Positions 1-9,972 are shown, counted from the first letter of the stretch. The stretch: 64,000 nt of DNA from an uncultured bacterium (GCA_963977015.1 CAXBMO010000018.1:56252-120251); one strand, 5' to 3'. Translations and numbers: made by a program. Notes: generated from the letters alone by a model not told the origin.

Positions 1-314
1 TGATCGCGGAGGGTCTGCAATCCTTCGTAGGAGCAAACCACTAGGCTCTTCTCGTTCACCTTGGGTCGCCCCAGGTCGAAAAAGCGATTGCTGAGCGTGA
101 ACCGTTTGTCGGACTCCCGCCGGTGAACGTAGCCCCGGGCAAACAGCGCATTGGCGATGCGATACACCGAGTTCTGGGGAAGTTCCGTAGCGCGAACCAA
201 TTCCGAGAGCGTCAATCCAGCGGGTTCCTGACTCAAGGCTTCGAGAATATCGAGGGCGCGGTCGGTGCTGGGCGACTGAGAGACCGGCTTGGAAGGTTCG
301 ACGTATTGAGACAT
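1..314 (-). CDS. IclR-family transcriptional regulator (3'-truncated by the window edge)
   Basis: Not in the ORF track. Manual translation from the ATG at 314 gives MSQYVEPSKPVSQSPSTDRALDILEALSQEPAGLTLSELVRATELPQNSVYRIANALFARGYV..., an IclR-type N-terminal HTH. The frame stays open to the edge. Confidence 0.85.
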   Translation of the reverse strand, partial: MSQYVEPSKPVSQSPSTDRALDILEALSQEPAGLTLSELVRATELPQNSVYRIANALFARGYVHRRESDKRFTLSNRFFDLGRPKVNEKSLVVCSYEGLQTLRD

Positions 315-319
315 GTTTT

Positions 320-349
320 TCTAAATTTAGATCTATTTCCAAATCTAGA
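320..349. promoter_or_regulatory. Palindromic putative operator just upstream of the IclR start
   Basis: Perfect 12-bp palindrome TCTAAATTTAGA (320-331) overlapping an imperfect inverted repeat TTTAGATCT-N6-AAATCTAGA (326-349), in an AT-rich patch between divergent genes. Confidence 0.5.
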
Positions 350-548
350 CAATTCACCACCTCCCAGAGACGATCCTTTCACGAAGTTCAACAACCGTGC
401 GTTCAAGGCCTCCAGTTTGGCTGCTCGGACTCGGTCTGGCGCCAGGCTCAAATGCCACGTCAGCCGGTTTTTCGAACCAGTGCCAATCCCGGGCAGATTT
501 GAGCCGGATTCGTTGACAAACGCGGCGTCTCAGGTTGGTGTGATCAGT

Positions 549-3500
549 ATGCCCCTTAAATCCCTCGCCTTCGTTCTTTTCCTAACTCTGTTCGCCCCGT
601 TTTCCGGCTTTGCGCAGGACAAAAAAATCATCTGCTTTGTCGGCCACCGCACGTCTCACGGCTTTGGTAAACACGAGTATCACGCCGGCAATCATCTGAT
701 CGGCGAATGGCTCGAAAAAGCCTATCCCGGCCAGATTGAAGCTCGCTACTCCGTCAATTGGCCCGAGAACGAAACCGAGTTTTTCGCCAATGCCGATTCG
801 GTGGTGTTTTTCTGTTCGGGCGGCGGCGGGCACCTCGTCAACAACCACGTTCCCTTCTTTGATCAAGTGATGAAGACCGGGGCGGGGTTGGCCTGCCTGC
901 ATTACGCGGTGGAGGTGCCAATCGGGCCGAGCGCAAAAGGGATGCTCAACTGGATGGGCGGCTATTTTGAGGCGAACTGGTCGGTGAATCCGCATTGGGT
1001 GGCCGACTTCCAACTCTTTCCGAACCACCCGGCGGCGAATGGGGTCAAGCCGTTCAAGAGCGATGACGAGTGGTATTTCCACATGCGTTTTCGCGGCGAT
1101 ATGGAAGGGATCGTGCCGATTTTAAGCGCAGTGGCGCCGGCTGAAACCATGAAGCGCGGCGATGGCCCACACTCGGGAAATCCGACGGTGCGGAAAGCGG
1201 TCGCGGCGAGGGAGCCTCAGCACGTGGCGTGGACCTACCAACGCGGCGATGATTACCAGCAGGGACGCGGTTTTGGCTTCACCGGCCTGCACTACCATTG
1301 GAACTGGCTCGACGACAGCTTCCGGAAGACCGTGCTGAACGGCGTGGCCTGGTCGGCTAAGCTGCCGATTCCCGAAAACGGCGTCGAGTCCGCCCGCCCC
1401 ACGAAAGAGGAGCTGGAGGCGAACGTCCTGGAATACGGCGGTGCCCAAAACCGGAAACCTCAACCGAAGAAAGCCGCGAAGGCGGAGTCTGGGCCCTCGC
1501 CCGTCAATCCCAACGCCAAGCCGATCTGGGAATCGCCGGTCGTCAACGAGTCCACGCCGGGAATGGCGGTGGCGGTTGACATCGCGATCCCGACAGGCAC
1601 GAAGGAACTTTATCTCGCGGTTTCCGATGTCGATGGGATGTCCTTTGATTGGGCCAACTGGATCGAGCCCAAATTGATCCTTGCCGATGGAGCCGAGAAA
1701 AAGCTGACGGATCTGCATTGGAAGAGCGCCAGCGTCGGTTGGGGGAATGCTCACAAGAACCGAAACGCCGGCGGGAAGGAAATGATGACGGCGGGAAAAA
1801 AGATTCCGTTTGGAGTTGGAGTGCACGCCCCTTCGATGTTGGTTTACGAGATTCCAGATGGTGTGAAACGATTTCAGGGCAGGGTCGGGATCGACAATGG
1901 CGGCAGTGACCAGAACGGCCAATCCACGATTCGCTTTCACATTTTTAACGAGAATCCTGGCGCGTTCGCGAAGAAATCCAGCGGCGGGGGCGGTGGGAAT
2001 GCTGCAGGCCATGATCCCGGTGAGGCGCTCGATTCCCTCAACGTTCATCCCGAGCTGAAGGCGCAACTCTTCGCGAGTGAGCCGATGATCCTCAGCCCCA
2101 GCGCGATTGATGTGGATGCGCAGGGACGCGCCTGGGTTTGCGAAGTCATCAACTATCGCCGTCACCAGGGAAAACGCCCCGAAGGCGATCGCATCGTGAT
2201 TCTGGAAGACACGGATGGTGACGCGAAGGCTGACAAGTCGACCGTTTTCTATCAGGGCACGGATATTGACTCGGCGCATGGAATTTGCGTGCTGGGTGAT
2301 CGGGTCATCATCTCCGCCGGCGATGACGTCTTCAGCCTGTACGATCGCAATGGCGACGGGAAAGCGGATCCGGGCAGCAAGGAGCTGATGTTCACGAAGA
2401 TCGGCGGGAAGCAGCACGATCACGGCATCCACGCCTTTCATTTTGGGCCGGATGGCCGCCTCTATTTCAACTTTGGAAACGCCGGCAAGCAGCTTTGTGA
2501 TGCGGAAGGCAAGATCGTCATCGACATCGCCGGAAACGAGGTCCGTGGCGGAAATCTGCCCTATCAGGAAGGGATGGTGTTCCGCTGCGAATTGGATGGG
2601 TCGAATGTCGAGACGCTCGGCTGGAACTTCCGCAACAACTGGGAAGCGGTGCCGGATTCGTTCGGCACGGTTTGGCAGAGTGACAATGACGACGACGGTA
2701 ACCTCGGTGTTCGGATCAACTACGTCATGGAATATGGGAACTACGGTTACAAGGACGAAAAGACACGAGCAGGTTGGCGCGATCCCCGTCCCAATCTCGA
2801 AGCGGAAATCCCCCTTCGTCATTGGCATCTGAATGATCCTGGCGTCGTCCCAAACCTGATCCAGACCGGAGCTGGTTCGCCCACCGGAATCTGCGTTTAT
2901 GAAGGCGACCTGCTTCCCGAGATTTTTCGCGGTCAACCGATTCACAGTGATGCGGGACCAAACGTGGTTCGAGCTTACGTTACGGAGAATGACGGCGCGG
3001 GTTACTCGGCGGAGATGGTGAACATTCTGGATTCCTCCAAAGATCGCTGGTTTCGGCCGAGCGACGTGTGTGTCGCGCCTGATGGATCGTTGATCGTCGC
3101 GGATTGGTATGATCCCGGCGTCGGTGGGCACGGGATGGGAGACCTTGAGCGCGGCCGAATTTTTCGGGTGACGGTTCCCGGGAAAGAACGCTATCAATCG
3201 CCCAAAGAGGCTTCGCTCGGCAGTCCGAACAAGGACGCGTTTTACCAGGCCTGGCAGAAAGTTGCCGACAAGGAGAACTCCCGTGGAGAGCTTGAGAAGC
3301 ATTTCGCAGGCGCCACACCTGCCGATCAAGTAACCAGGGCGCGCTCCCTCTGGCTTTTGGCTCGGCTCGATCCCCGCGCCGCGACCGTGGCTCTCGGCGA
3401 TTCCGAACCCAAGATCCGCATGGTCGCCCTTCGCGCGATTCGCCAGCTCTATCCCGACCTGCTTCTTGATGCCTGCACCAAACTGGCCAACGACGCCGAT

Positions 3501-4889
3501 CCCCAGGTTCGCCGGGAAGTCGCGATTGCGATCCGGTTCGACGGCAGCGCCAAAGCCAACGAAATCTGGGCAACGCTTGCAGGAAACCTTGAACCCGGCG
3601 ATCGCTGGGGACTCGAAGCCCTGGGAATTGGCGCCGACCTGCATTGGGACGCGAGGTGGGCTGCGTTTGAGAATCTCGACGACCAACCGGCAGCATCGTA
3701 TCATCATGTTTCCTGGCGGGCTCGCGACTCCCAAGCCGCGTGGCGCACCGCAAATTACTTGGAGGGCAACACGCCAAAGCCGGACGCCGCCAAACATCTT
3801 CGCAAGCTCCATTTCGTCGATCAGGAACAACGCGATGAAGCCTATCGCCGGATCTTTCTGACGGCATCGCCGGATGCGGCGCTGTTCGCCGCCGGTCAAC
3901 TTGGCCCCGACAAGATCAAGACGATCGATGGCGGTCCAGCCCGGCTCGATTCGCTGCTCGGGCCGATTCGCGGCAAAGCTGAGTTTGTCCAACTCGCGGC
4001 AACGCTCAATCTTCGCGGTTTCGGGGACGAATTGATCGGCTTCATCGTGACCAATCCCGGCAGCTCCGAATCCGTCACCGCTGCAAGGCTGTTGTTGAAT
4101 GATCGCGGTGCGATTTTCCCAATTCTACGCGGCAAAGACACCGCCAAGGCGGAGGCGGTCGCGACGGCGTTCGGCAAAACCGGCGATCGCAATGCGACCA
4201 GACTTCTCGCCGACGAATTGAAACGAGCAGAGGTAAGTCCCGCCACCAAAGTTTCCATCGTCCGTGCGTTGGCGATCTCCAATCAAGGCGGGCGCGAACT
4301 CCTTGGCCTTGCCCAGAAAAATCAGCTCAGCGACGCGCTGAAACCGGTCGCCGCCCTCAGCCTCTCGCAAAGCGCGGACGGGGGAATTCGGAACGCCGCC
4401 GCACAAAGCCTCCCGATCCCGAAGGCGCAAGGTGTCGAGAATTTACCACCCGTGGTCAAATTGTTACAAATGAAGGCCGATCCGAAAAACGGCGTCGCCG
4501 CGTTTTCGAAAGCCGCCTGCATGACCTGTCACAAGGTGAAGGGCCAATTCATCGACTTCGGACCGGATCTCAGCGAAATCGGGAACAAGCTTTCCAAGGA
4601 GGCGATGTTTGAGGCGATTCTGTATCCGAGTGTCGCCATCAGCCACGGGTTTCACGGGGTCGCCCTCAAAACGAACAGTGGAGAAACCTTCAGTGGCTAC
4701 ATTACGGGGGAAACCGACGACGAAGTCACCTTGCGATTGCCCGGCGGAGTCAGCCGGGCCTTTCCCACGAAGGATCTCTCTGCTCGCGAAAATCTGGAGC
4801 AGAGCCTGATGCCTCCGGGATTGGCGGCGGCCCTGACGACTCAGGAGCTGGTGGATTTGGTCGCCTACCTCCAGAGTCTCAAGGGCTAG
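549..4889 (+). CDS. PVC-type heme-binding CxxCH protein (ThuA-like + NPCBM + dehydrogenase-like beta-propeller + HEAT repeats + cytochrome c)
   Basis: Signal peptide from ATG 549 (MPLKSLAFVL...). ThuA-like SHGFGKHEY and DEWYFHMRF, NPCBM-like GVGVHAPS, propeller FASEPMILSP...NFRNNWE, C-terminal CMTCH followed by GPDLS...SLMPPG. Confidence 0.9.
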   Translation: MPLKSLAFVLFLTLFAPFSGFAQDKKIICFVGHRTSHGFGKHEYHAGNHLIGEWLEKAYPGQIEARYSVNWPENETEFFANADSVVFFCSGGGGHLVNNHVPFFDQVMKTGAGLACLHYAVEVPIGPSAKGMLNWMGGYFEANWSVNPHWVADFQLFPNHPAANGVKPFKSDDEWYFHMRFRGDMEGIVPILSAVAPAETMKRGDGPHSGNPTVRKAVAAREPQHVAWTYQRGDDYQQGRGFGFTGLHYHWNWLDDSFRKTVLNGVAWSAKLPIPENGVESARPTKEELEANVLEYGGAQNRKPQPKKAAKAESGPSPVNPNAKPIWESPVVNESTPGMAVAVDIAIPTGTKELYLAVSDVDGMSFDWANWIEPKLILADGAEKKLTDLHWKSASVGWGNAHKNRNAGGKEMMTAGKKIPFGVGVHAPSMLVYEIPDGVKRFQGRVGIDNGGSDQNGQSTIRFHIFNENPGAFAKKSSGGGGGNAAGHDPGEALDSLNVHPELKAQLFASEPMILSPSAIDVDAQGRAWVCEVINYRRHQGKRPEGDRIVILEDTDGDAKADKSTVFYQGTDIDSAHGICVLGDRVIISAGDDVFSLYDRNGDGKADPGSKELMFTKIGGKQHDHGIHAFHFGPDGRLYFNFGNAGKQLCDAEGKIVIDIAGNEVRGGNLPYQEGMVFRCELDGSNVETLGWNFRNNWEAVPDSFGTVWQSDNDDDGNLGVRINYVMEYGNYGYKDEKTRAGWRDPRPNLEAEIPLRHWHLNDPGVVPNLIQTGAGSPTGICVYEGDLLPEIFRGQPIHSDAGPNVVRAYVTENDGAGYSAEMVNILDSSKDRWFRPSDVCVAPDGSLIVADWYDPGVGGHGMGDLERGRIFRVTVPGKERYQSPKEASLGSPNKDAFYQAWQKVADKENSRGELEKHFAGATPADQVTRARSLWLLARLDPRAATVALGDSEPKIRMVALRAIRQLYPDLLLDACTKLANDADPQVRREVAIAIRFDGSAKANEIWATLAGNLEPGDRWGLEALGIGADLHWDARWAAFENLDDQPAASYHHVSWRARDSQAAWRTANYLEGNTPKPDAAKHLRKLHFVDQEQRDEAYRRIFLTASPDAALFAAGQLGPDKIKTIDGGPARLDSLLGPIRGKAEFVQLAATLNLRGFGDELIGFIVTNPGSSESVTAARLLLNDRGAIFPILRGKDTAKAEAVATAFGKTGDRNATRLLADELKRAEVSPATKVSIVRALAISNQGGRELLGLAQKNQLSDALKPVAALSLSQSADGGIRNAAAQSLPIPKAQGVENLPPVVKLLQMKADPKNGVAAFSKAACMTCHKVKGQFIDFGPDLSEIGNKLSKEAMFEAILYPSVAISHGFHGVALKTNSGETFSGYITGETDDEVTLRLPGGVSRAFPTKDLSARENLEQSLMPPGLAAALTTQELVDLVAYLQSLKG

Positions 4890-5154
4890 GAGCGTTTGGA
4901 ATTGATGACAGACTCGCAAGGTATTGCGAGGGTTGGGTGAAGCGTGGCTTCGCCCGCGATTGAAACGCGGTTCGGAGCATTGTGACGATGCTCATCGCCG
5001 CCCCGAGCCATCATTCCTGGTCGAAAAAGTCACTCGCAGCGCGTCTCGCCCTCATTTTCAAACGCCGCCCTATGGTTTGACAGCCATGAGGCTTATGGCA
5101 TAAATCCTGCGTTCGCGGGGAGAGACGCAACCACGTTTCCCCCTCTGAAAACCT

Positions 5155-6642
5155 ATGAAGTCTAAATTCGCCCTACCTGTCCCCCCTCGATCGCTCAACG
5201 AGAAAGTCGCTCAGCCGAAATCTCGCTACGCCCATGAACTTTCCGGTCAGGGAAAGACTTCTTCCGCTCCGGTGGCCAAACCATCCGGGCTCTTGATGAA
5301 CACACCCCGGAGCGCGCAGGGTGCCCGGAAGAGCGCATTTCTTTCCGCCCGCGACAGCGAGGCAACTCCGCAGCCAGTAGTCGCAGCGGCTCCAGCAAAA
5401 CCAGCGGTTCCAACACCAGCACCCGCGAAGCCGACGGCGACTCCAGCCGTTCCAACGCCCGGACCCGCGATACCGGCGGCGACTCCATCTGTTCCAACGC
5501 CCGGACCCGCGAAACCAGCGGCGTCTCCAGCCGTTCCAACGCCTGCGCCCGCGAAACCGGCGGCGACTCCATCTGTTCCAACGCCCGGCCCAGCAAAACC
5601 GGCGGCGTCTCCTACGGTTCCAACGCCGGAACCCGCGAAACCAGCAGCATCTCCAGCCGCTCCAACTCCGGAACCCGCGAAACCAGCAGCGTCTCCAACC
5701 GTTCCAACGCCGGCCCCCGCGAAACCAGCAGCGTCTCCAGCCGTTCCAACGCCGGAGCCCGCGAAACCAGCGGCGACTCCAACCGTTCCAACGCCCGAGC
5801 CCGCAAAACCAGCTGCGTCTCCAGCCGTTCCAACGCCGGAGCCCACAAAACCAGCGGCGACTCCAACGGTTCCAACACCCGGCCCCGCAAAACCAGCTGC
5901 GTCTCCAGCCGTTCCAACGCCCGAGCCCGCAAAACCAGCTGCGTCCCCAGCCGTTCCAACGCCCGAGCCCGCAAAACCAGCAGCGTCTCCAACGGTCCCA
6001 ACGCCGGAACCGGCAAAACCAGCGGCGTCTCCAGCCGTTCCAACTCCGGAACCCGCGAAACCAGTTGCGTCTCCAGCCGTCCCAACGCCGGAACCCGCGA
6101 AACCAGCGGCGACTCCAGCCGTTCCAACGCCGGAACCCGCGAAACCAGCTGCGTCTCCAGCCGTTCCAACTCCGGAACCCGCGAAACCAGCAGCGACTCC
6201 AGCCGTTCCAACGCCGGAACCCGCGAAACCAGCAGCTTCTCCAACCGTTCCAACGCCGGAACCCGCGAAACCAGCAGCGACTCCAACGGTTCCAACTCCG
6301 GAACCCGCGAAACCAGCGGCGTCTCCAGCCGTTCCAACGCCGGAACCGGCAAAATCCGCTCCCCAACCTGCGCCCGCCTCTCCTCCGCCAAGCGAGAAGG
6401 TCGCTGCGGTTGCCGCCAAGCGGAGCATTCCAGCCGAAGCTCAAGGCGCCGCCGCCGCCGCGAAAAAGGCGGCAAGCAATGAGCCGAGCGATACTCGACC
6501 ACGCTGGATCCTCATGATTCTCTTTCTGGTCGCTTTTATTGCCTTTGCCGTGCTGGTGGTGCTTCCCCGGATTAACTCCTCGTCAGCCGAAGACAGCGGC
6601 GCTCAGGGAGAGACAGAGACTCCCGCCGCCACGACCGAATAG
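5155..6642 (+). CDS. Pro/Ala/Thr-rich tandem-repeat protein with a single C-terminal TM helix
   Basis: 495-aa ORF with a 14-aa repeat array and a hydrophobic stretch WILMILFLVAFIAFAVLVVL near the C-terminus. Confidence 0.75.
   Translation: MKSKFALPVPPRSLNEKVAQPKSRYAHELSGQGKTSSAPVAKPSGLLMNTPRSAQGARKSAFLSARDSEATPQPVVAAAPAKPAVPTPAPAKPTATPAVPTPGPAIPAATPSVPTPGPAKPAASPAVPTPAPAKPAATPSVPTPGPAKPAASPTVPTPEPAKPAASPAAPTPEPAKPAASPTVPTPAPAKPAASPAVPTPEPAKPAATPTVPTPEPAKPAASPAVPTPEPTKPAATPTVPTPGPAKPAASPAVPTPEPAKPAASPAVPTPEPAKPAASPTVPTPEPAKPAASPAVPTPEPAKPVASPAVPTPEPAKPAATPAVPTPEPAKPAASPAVPTPEPAKPAATPAVPTPEPAKPAASPTVPTPEPAKPAATPTVPTPEPAKPAASPAVPTPEPAKSAPQPAPASPPPSEKVAAVAAKRSIPAEAQGAAAAAKKAASNEPSDTRPRWILMILFLVAFIAFAVLVVLPRINSSSAEDSGAQGETETPAATTE
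5419..6342 (+). repeat. Coding tandem repeat, 22 x 42 bp ([E/G/A]PAKPAA[S/T]P[A/T/S]VPTP)
   Basis: 22 contiguous 14-aa units counted in the translation, with many synonymous differences between copies. Confidence 0.92.
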
Positions 6643-6668
6643 GGCAGCTCATCTCTATTGAAAATGCT

Positions 6669-7538
6669 CTAACTCGACAAAGCGAGGCTTCCTCGATCCT
6701 GATCGAGCAACTTCAAGAGTTGTCGATAGTCCGCGACCTGCTCCTCCAACACTTGAGCGGCCACGCGGCGAGCCGATCCCGAAACCTTGCTCTGATTGAG
6801 GGCCTCCAACTGAGTTCGCGAGTTCTCGGCGCAGTATCGATCTCGAGTTTCCACCCCTAAAAATTGATGGATCTCACCCAATAACTGGGCCGGTGCACGA
6901 CACAAGGCTTCGAACTGCCCGAGAAAGACGTTGCCGGAGCCAAGTTGCCCCTGCCATCGTTCAATCAGCTCGGAATACAGCATGGATTGGCCTTCGTAAT
7001 CAGACCGCAGAAAGACGCCGAGCTCGCTGTCGGGAATTTGATTGAGGGAAACGCCGAATTTTCGGGCAAACACTTTCTCCGCCGATGCCACCGCCCGATC
7101 AACCGGATCGCGCAGGATCAAAATGGCCTTGAGACCGGAATTCAGCATCGCGATTTCTTCGACCACTTCGCGGGACAAGCTCGCGTAGGACTCCGACATA
7201 TCGCCGATGATTTGAGGCCGATAAACCGTCCCGAAACGTCGCAGTGCTTCGAAGGTTTTTTTGGCAAAACGCCCGGGCGTATCCTGCAGGTGTTCCAGGT
7301 ATTGCCGAAAAGAGGGCTGCACGAAAGGAGACCGCCTCTTTGTTCCCAAATCTGCAATGAACTTGTTTTCAGTCGATTGCGGCAAAAAGACCTGCGGATG
7401 AGCGCTCAGGTTCGCATGAAGCCATTCCGTCCCCGTCTCCGGAGGGCTGATCACCAGGAAGTCGGGAAACCGGGAAAGGTCGGACTCAGAAACATCATGG
7501 AGGGAAATTCGGCGAACTCGGGGCTGAGAATCGTTCAT
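6669..7538 (-). CDS. Sulfotransferase-family protein (degenerate PAPS motifs)
   Basis: FPDFLVISPPETGTEWLHANLSAHPQVF and ILRDPVDRAVAS follow the Sulfotransfer fold layout. Confidence 0.75.
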   Translation of the reverse strand: MNDSQPRVRRISLHDVSESDLSRFPDFLVISPPETGTEWLHANLSAHPQVFLPQSTENKFIADLGTKRRSPFVQPSFRQYLEHLQDTPGRFAKKTFEALRRFGTVYRPQIIGDMSESYASLSREVVEEIAMLNSGLKAILILRDPVDRAVASAEKVFARKFGVSLNQIPDSELGVFLRSDYEGQSMLYSELIERWQGQLGSGNVFLGQFEALCRAPAQLLGEIHQFLGVETRDRYCAENSRTQLEALNQSKVSGSARRVAAQVLEEQVADYRQLLKLLDQDRGSLALSS

Positions 7539-7710
7539 GTTTCGGAAACGCGGTGGGGTAGATAATTAGGTTATCCTAATTATCCTGCAACCAAAACTTT
7601 CTCCCCCGCTCTGGCAAGAAACAAAAACGCCCGGTTTCCTCAGGGGGATCGTTTTTAGCTCTGCTGCTGATGCTACTCTTGTCGACGATGGTGTTGATCG
7701 TCCAAACCAT

Positions 7711-9468
7711 CTACTTTTTGCTTGGAACCAGCATAGCCTTGATTTCTATCACGGCCGTGTCACCAGGCGCGACCGTCTCCCACTGAGCCGCGTCGTTCTT
7801 TCTCCCATCGAACGCGAAGGCCGGCATCACTTCGTAGGTCGTACCATTCAGGATCACCTCCGGCCAGGAATATCCTTGACCAAGTTTCAGAAACTGGATG
7901 GTGTCGGGCGACGTCACCGGGTCGTTGCCTCGATCCAATTTGACCAGGATTTTGAAACCGCTCTCCACAACTTCCGGGACCTCAAAATTGACATCGAAGT
8001 CCAGGTCGAACTGGTTAACTTCGGAGCGATCGATGGTAATACCGTTGTGATAGCTGAAGGTTCCGATCACAAACGGTTCGCTGATATCACCGGAGAATGG
8101 CGCACCGGTTGACAATCCACCTTCGGCGATGACCGTGGGGGCCGCTTTTTCACCGCTCTCCAGGAAGGTGCTGTTCTTGGGCATCTTGGCGATGATTTCG
8201 TCATCCGGCAAATCAGCGCCCTCCAGCAATTTCTTGATCGTCGCGGGGTTGCTGCCGTCCACGCCGTCATAGTTGTTGCCGTGGCCGTTGTTGCTCTTCA
8301 TTTTATACTTCCACTTGTTTCCATTCCCCGTGGGCTTTTTCATCTTGGTATCGGTGTAGCCGGCAAGGGTCGGCGGCGCCGACGAGGAAGCGGGGCCGGA
8401 AATGTCCACTGAAGCCACGCTGCTCGCCAGGTATTTGCCCACGGAAGCCGAATTTGGAACGGCGCGCGCCATCACCGTTGCGCCGGAGGGATGGGCGGAA
8501 GCCAGGAGGGAAATCGCCCCCAAGTAGCTCTGCCACGCCCCCCCGTTGATGGCGTATTCCACATCGCACACACCGGAGCTGTTCGGGTTGGCGACGATCA
8601 CGTCCACGCTGACGGAAAGGCTCCCCAATGCCAGAGAGGAGGCGGTGAGCGTCGGCTCGACCAGCTGGATGAGCGGCAGACTCACCGTTTCCGAAGCCAC
8701 GGAGCTGACGTCGAAGATCGCGGCGTAGGTCGGAAGCGGCGTGGCCCGGGCCAGGACTTCCACCGTGGAAGAATGGTCGAGAATGGATAGAGATAGCGCG
8801 CCGGTGTATTCCTGCCAGGTCGTGGCCGCATCGAGCGAGAGCTCAAGCAGGCATACGCCGGGATCATTGGGATTCGTCAAGTCGACGAGAGCGACCGGCG
8901 AGCTGTTCGGTAAATTGGAGATGCTTTGGCTGATCGAAGGGGTGTCCAGCGGAATCGAATCCGGTTCCACAATAACCAGCGGAGGCGATGGTGGTGGCGA
9001 AGGCACCGACGAGCCGCCACCGGATCCCGAACTGCCTCCCGATCCTCCGCCGTCGGATGAACTCCCTCCGTCCGATCCAACCTCTGAACCACCAAGCGAG
9101 ACAACGGTGGGCACCGGAGGGGGAAGTGGGCTACTTTCCGGCATCGTGGAGGCCGCTTCATCAATCTGATGACCCCAGACCAATCGAACCGGTCGGGACA
9201 GGGAAGGCCCACCAGGCAGCGAATCCACGGCAGACATCTCCATCCCAAATACGTAGGCCTGCTCCTCGGCGGAAAGGTAACTCAGCCCCTCGGCCAGTAG
9301 CCAGGCATCGTCAATGCAATCGCGGACCGGTGCACCACGGTCAATCGCAATCAATTGCGCCAAAAAGGACGCCGATTCCGGGGAGTAGGTAATCTGGGCG
9401 GCGGATTGCGACACGAGGCCACAACTCACCATCAGTAGCGCAAACAGGGGTTTATGGAGGGGTTTCAT
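7711..9468 (-). CDS. Secreted surface/adhesin-like protein (two Ig/FN3-like repeats, NNGHGNN motif, C-terminal choice-of-anchor K-like domain)
   Basis: Signal peptide, Gly/Ser/Pro linker, repeats NPNDPGVC...WQEYTG and NPNSSGVC...WQSYLG, KSNNGHGNNYDGVDGSNP, and PFVIGTFSYHNGIT...FDLDFDVNF. Confidence 0.65.
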   Translation of the reverse strand: MKPLHKPLFALLMVSCGLVSQSAAQITYSPESASFLAQLIAIDRGAPVRDCIDDAWLLAEGLSYLSAEEQAYVFGMEMSAVDSLPGGPSLSRPVRLVWGHQIDEAASTMPESSPLPPPVPTVVSLGGSEVGSDGGSSSDGGGSGGSSGSGGGSSVPSPPPSPPLVIVEPDSIPLDTPSISQSISNLPNSSPVALVDLTNPNDPGVCLLELSLDAATTWQEYTGALSLSILDHSSTVEVLARATPLPTYAAIFDVSSVASETVSLPLIQLVEPTLTASSLALGSLSVSVDVIVANPNSSGVCDVEYAINGGAWQSYLGAISLLASAHPSGATVMARAVPNSASVGKYLASSVASVDISGPASSSAPPTLAGYTDTKMKKPTGNGNKWKYKMKSNNGHGNNYDGVDGSNPATIKKLLEGADLPDDEIIAKMPKNSTFLESGEKAAPTVIAEGGLSTGAPFSGDISEPFVIGTFSYHNGITIDRSEVNQFDLDFDVNFEVPEVVESGFKILVKLDRGNDPVTSPDTIQFLKLGQGYSWPEVILNGTTYEVMPAFAFDGRKNDAAQWETVAPGDTAVIEIKAMLVPSKK

Positions 9469-9471
9469 GGA

Positions 9472-9972
9472 TCAGTAGTTTACAAACTCAAGGTTGGTTA
9501 CCCCGGTTCTTGGCTCAGCCGATAAATTCCCAAAGCCAGTGAGCGCATCGTGCGTTGCTAGATTGTTCAAATCCCGGTATTCCAAGCGAACCACCTTCGA
9601 ATCCAATACCCGTTCCAGTCTTTCGGTAACTGGAAAGATGTTGCTTTCCGGGATTTGGTTAATCGTGTAAACCATGCGCCGCTCCTCCCGCTGCACCTCA
9701 ATTCCGCAATTCATCCAACGCACGGTGGCTTCTACGCCACCCAGTGAGTCGGGAATCACATGGTAGATGCCCATGCCCGCCAAAACGCCCGAGGTGCTAT
9801 CAACTTCCAGCGCATTATGGGTTACCACGGTCTCATCCACATTCTGGGGGACACTCCTCAAGCCCAAAATGGCCACCCCGGTAAGGATGCCGACAATGGA
9901 AACAACGCCAAGCATCTCAACCAGAGATAAGGCGCCATTGCGACTACGAGCAACAAAGTGCGGAGTGGTCAT
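9472..9972 (-). CDS. Prepilin-type (type IV pilin/pseudopilin) protein
   Basis: Class III signal peptide RSRNGA|LSLVEMLGVVSIVGILTGVAIL with Glu at +5. Likely start is ATG 9972. Confidence 0.8.
   Translation of the reverse strand: MTTPHFVARSRNGALSLVEMLGVVSIVGILTGVAILGLRSVPQNVDETVVTHNALEVDSTSGVLAGMGIYHVIPDSLGGVEATVRWMNCGIEVQREERRMVYTINQIPESNIFPVTERLERVLDSKVVRLEYRDLNNLATHDALTGFGNLSAEPRTGVTNLEFVNY

Noticed and set aside
123-548. N-terminal extension of the 1588-aa ORF
   Set aside because: It overlaps the IclR gene on the other strand, and the signal peptide starts at ATG 549.
1122-3992. 956-aa minus-strand ORF and similar long shadow ORFs (10452-12035, 13607-15508, 35931-37370, 47247-48728, 60571-62244)
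   Set aside because: They are antisense mirrors of well-supported genes, as expected in GC-rich DNA, and carry no motifs.
5419-6342. 42-bp periodic array as a possible CRISPR array
   Set aside because: The units are contiguous with no unique spacers, keep the reading frame and vary mostly at synonymous sites. No cas genes are present.
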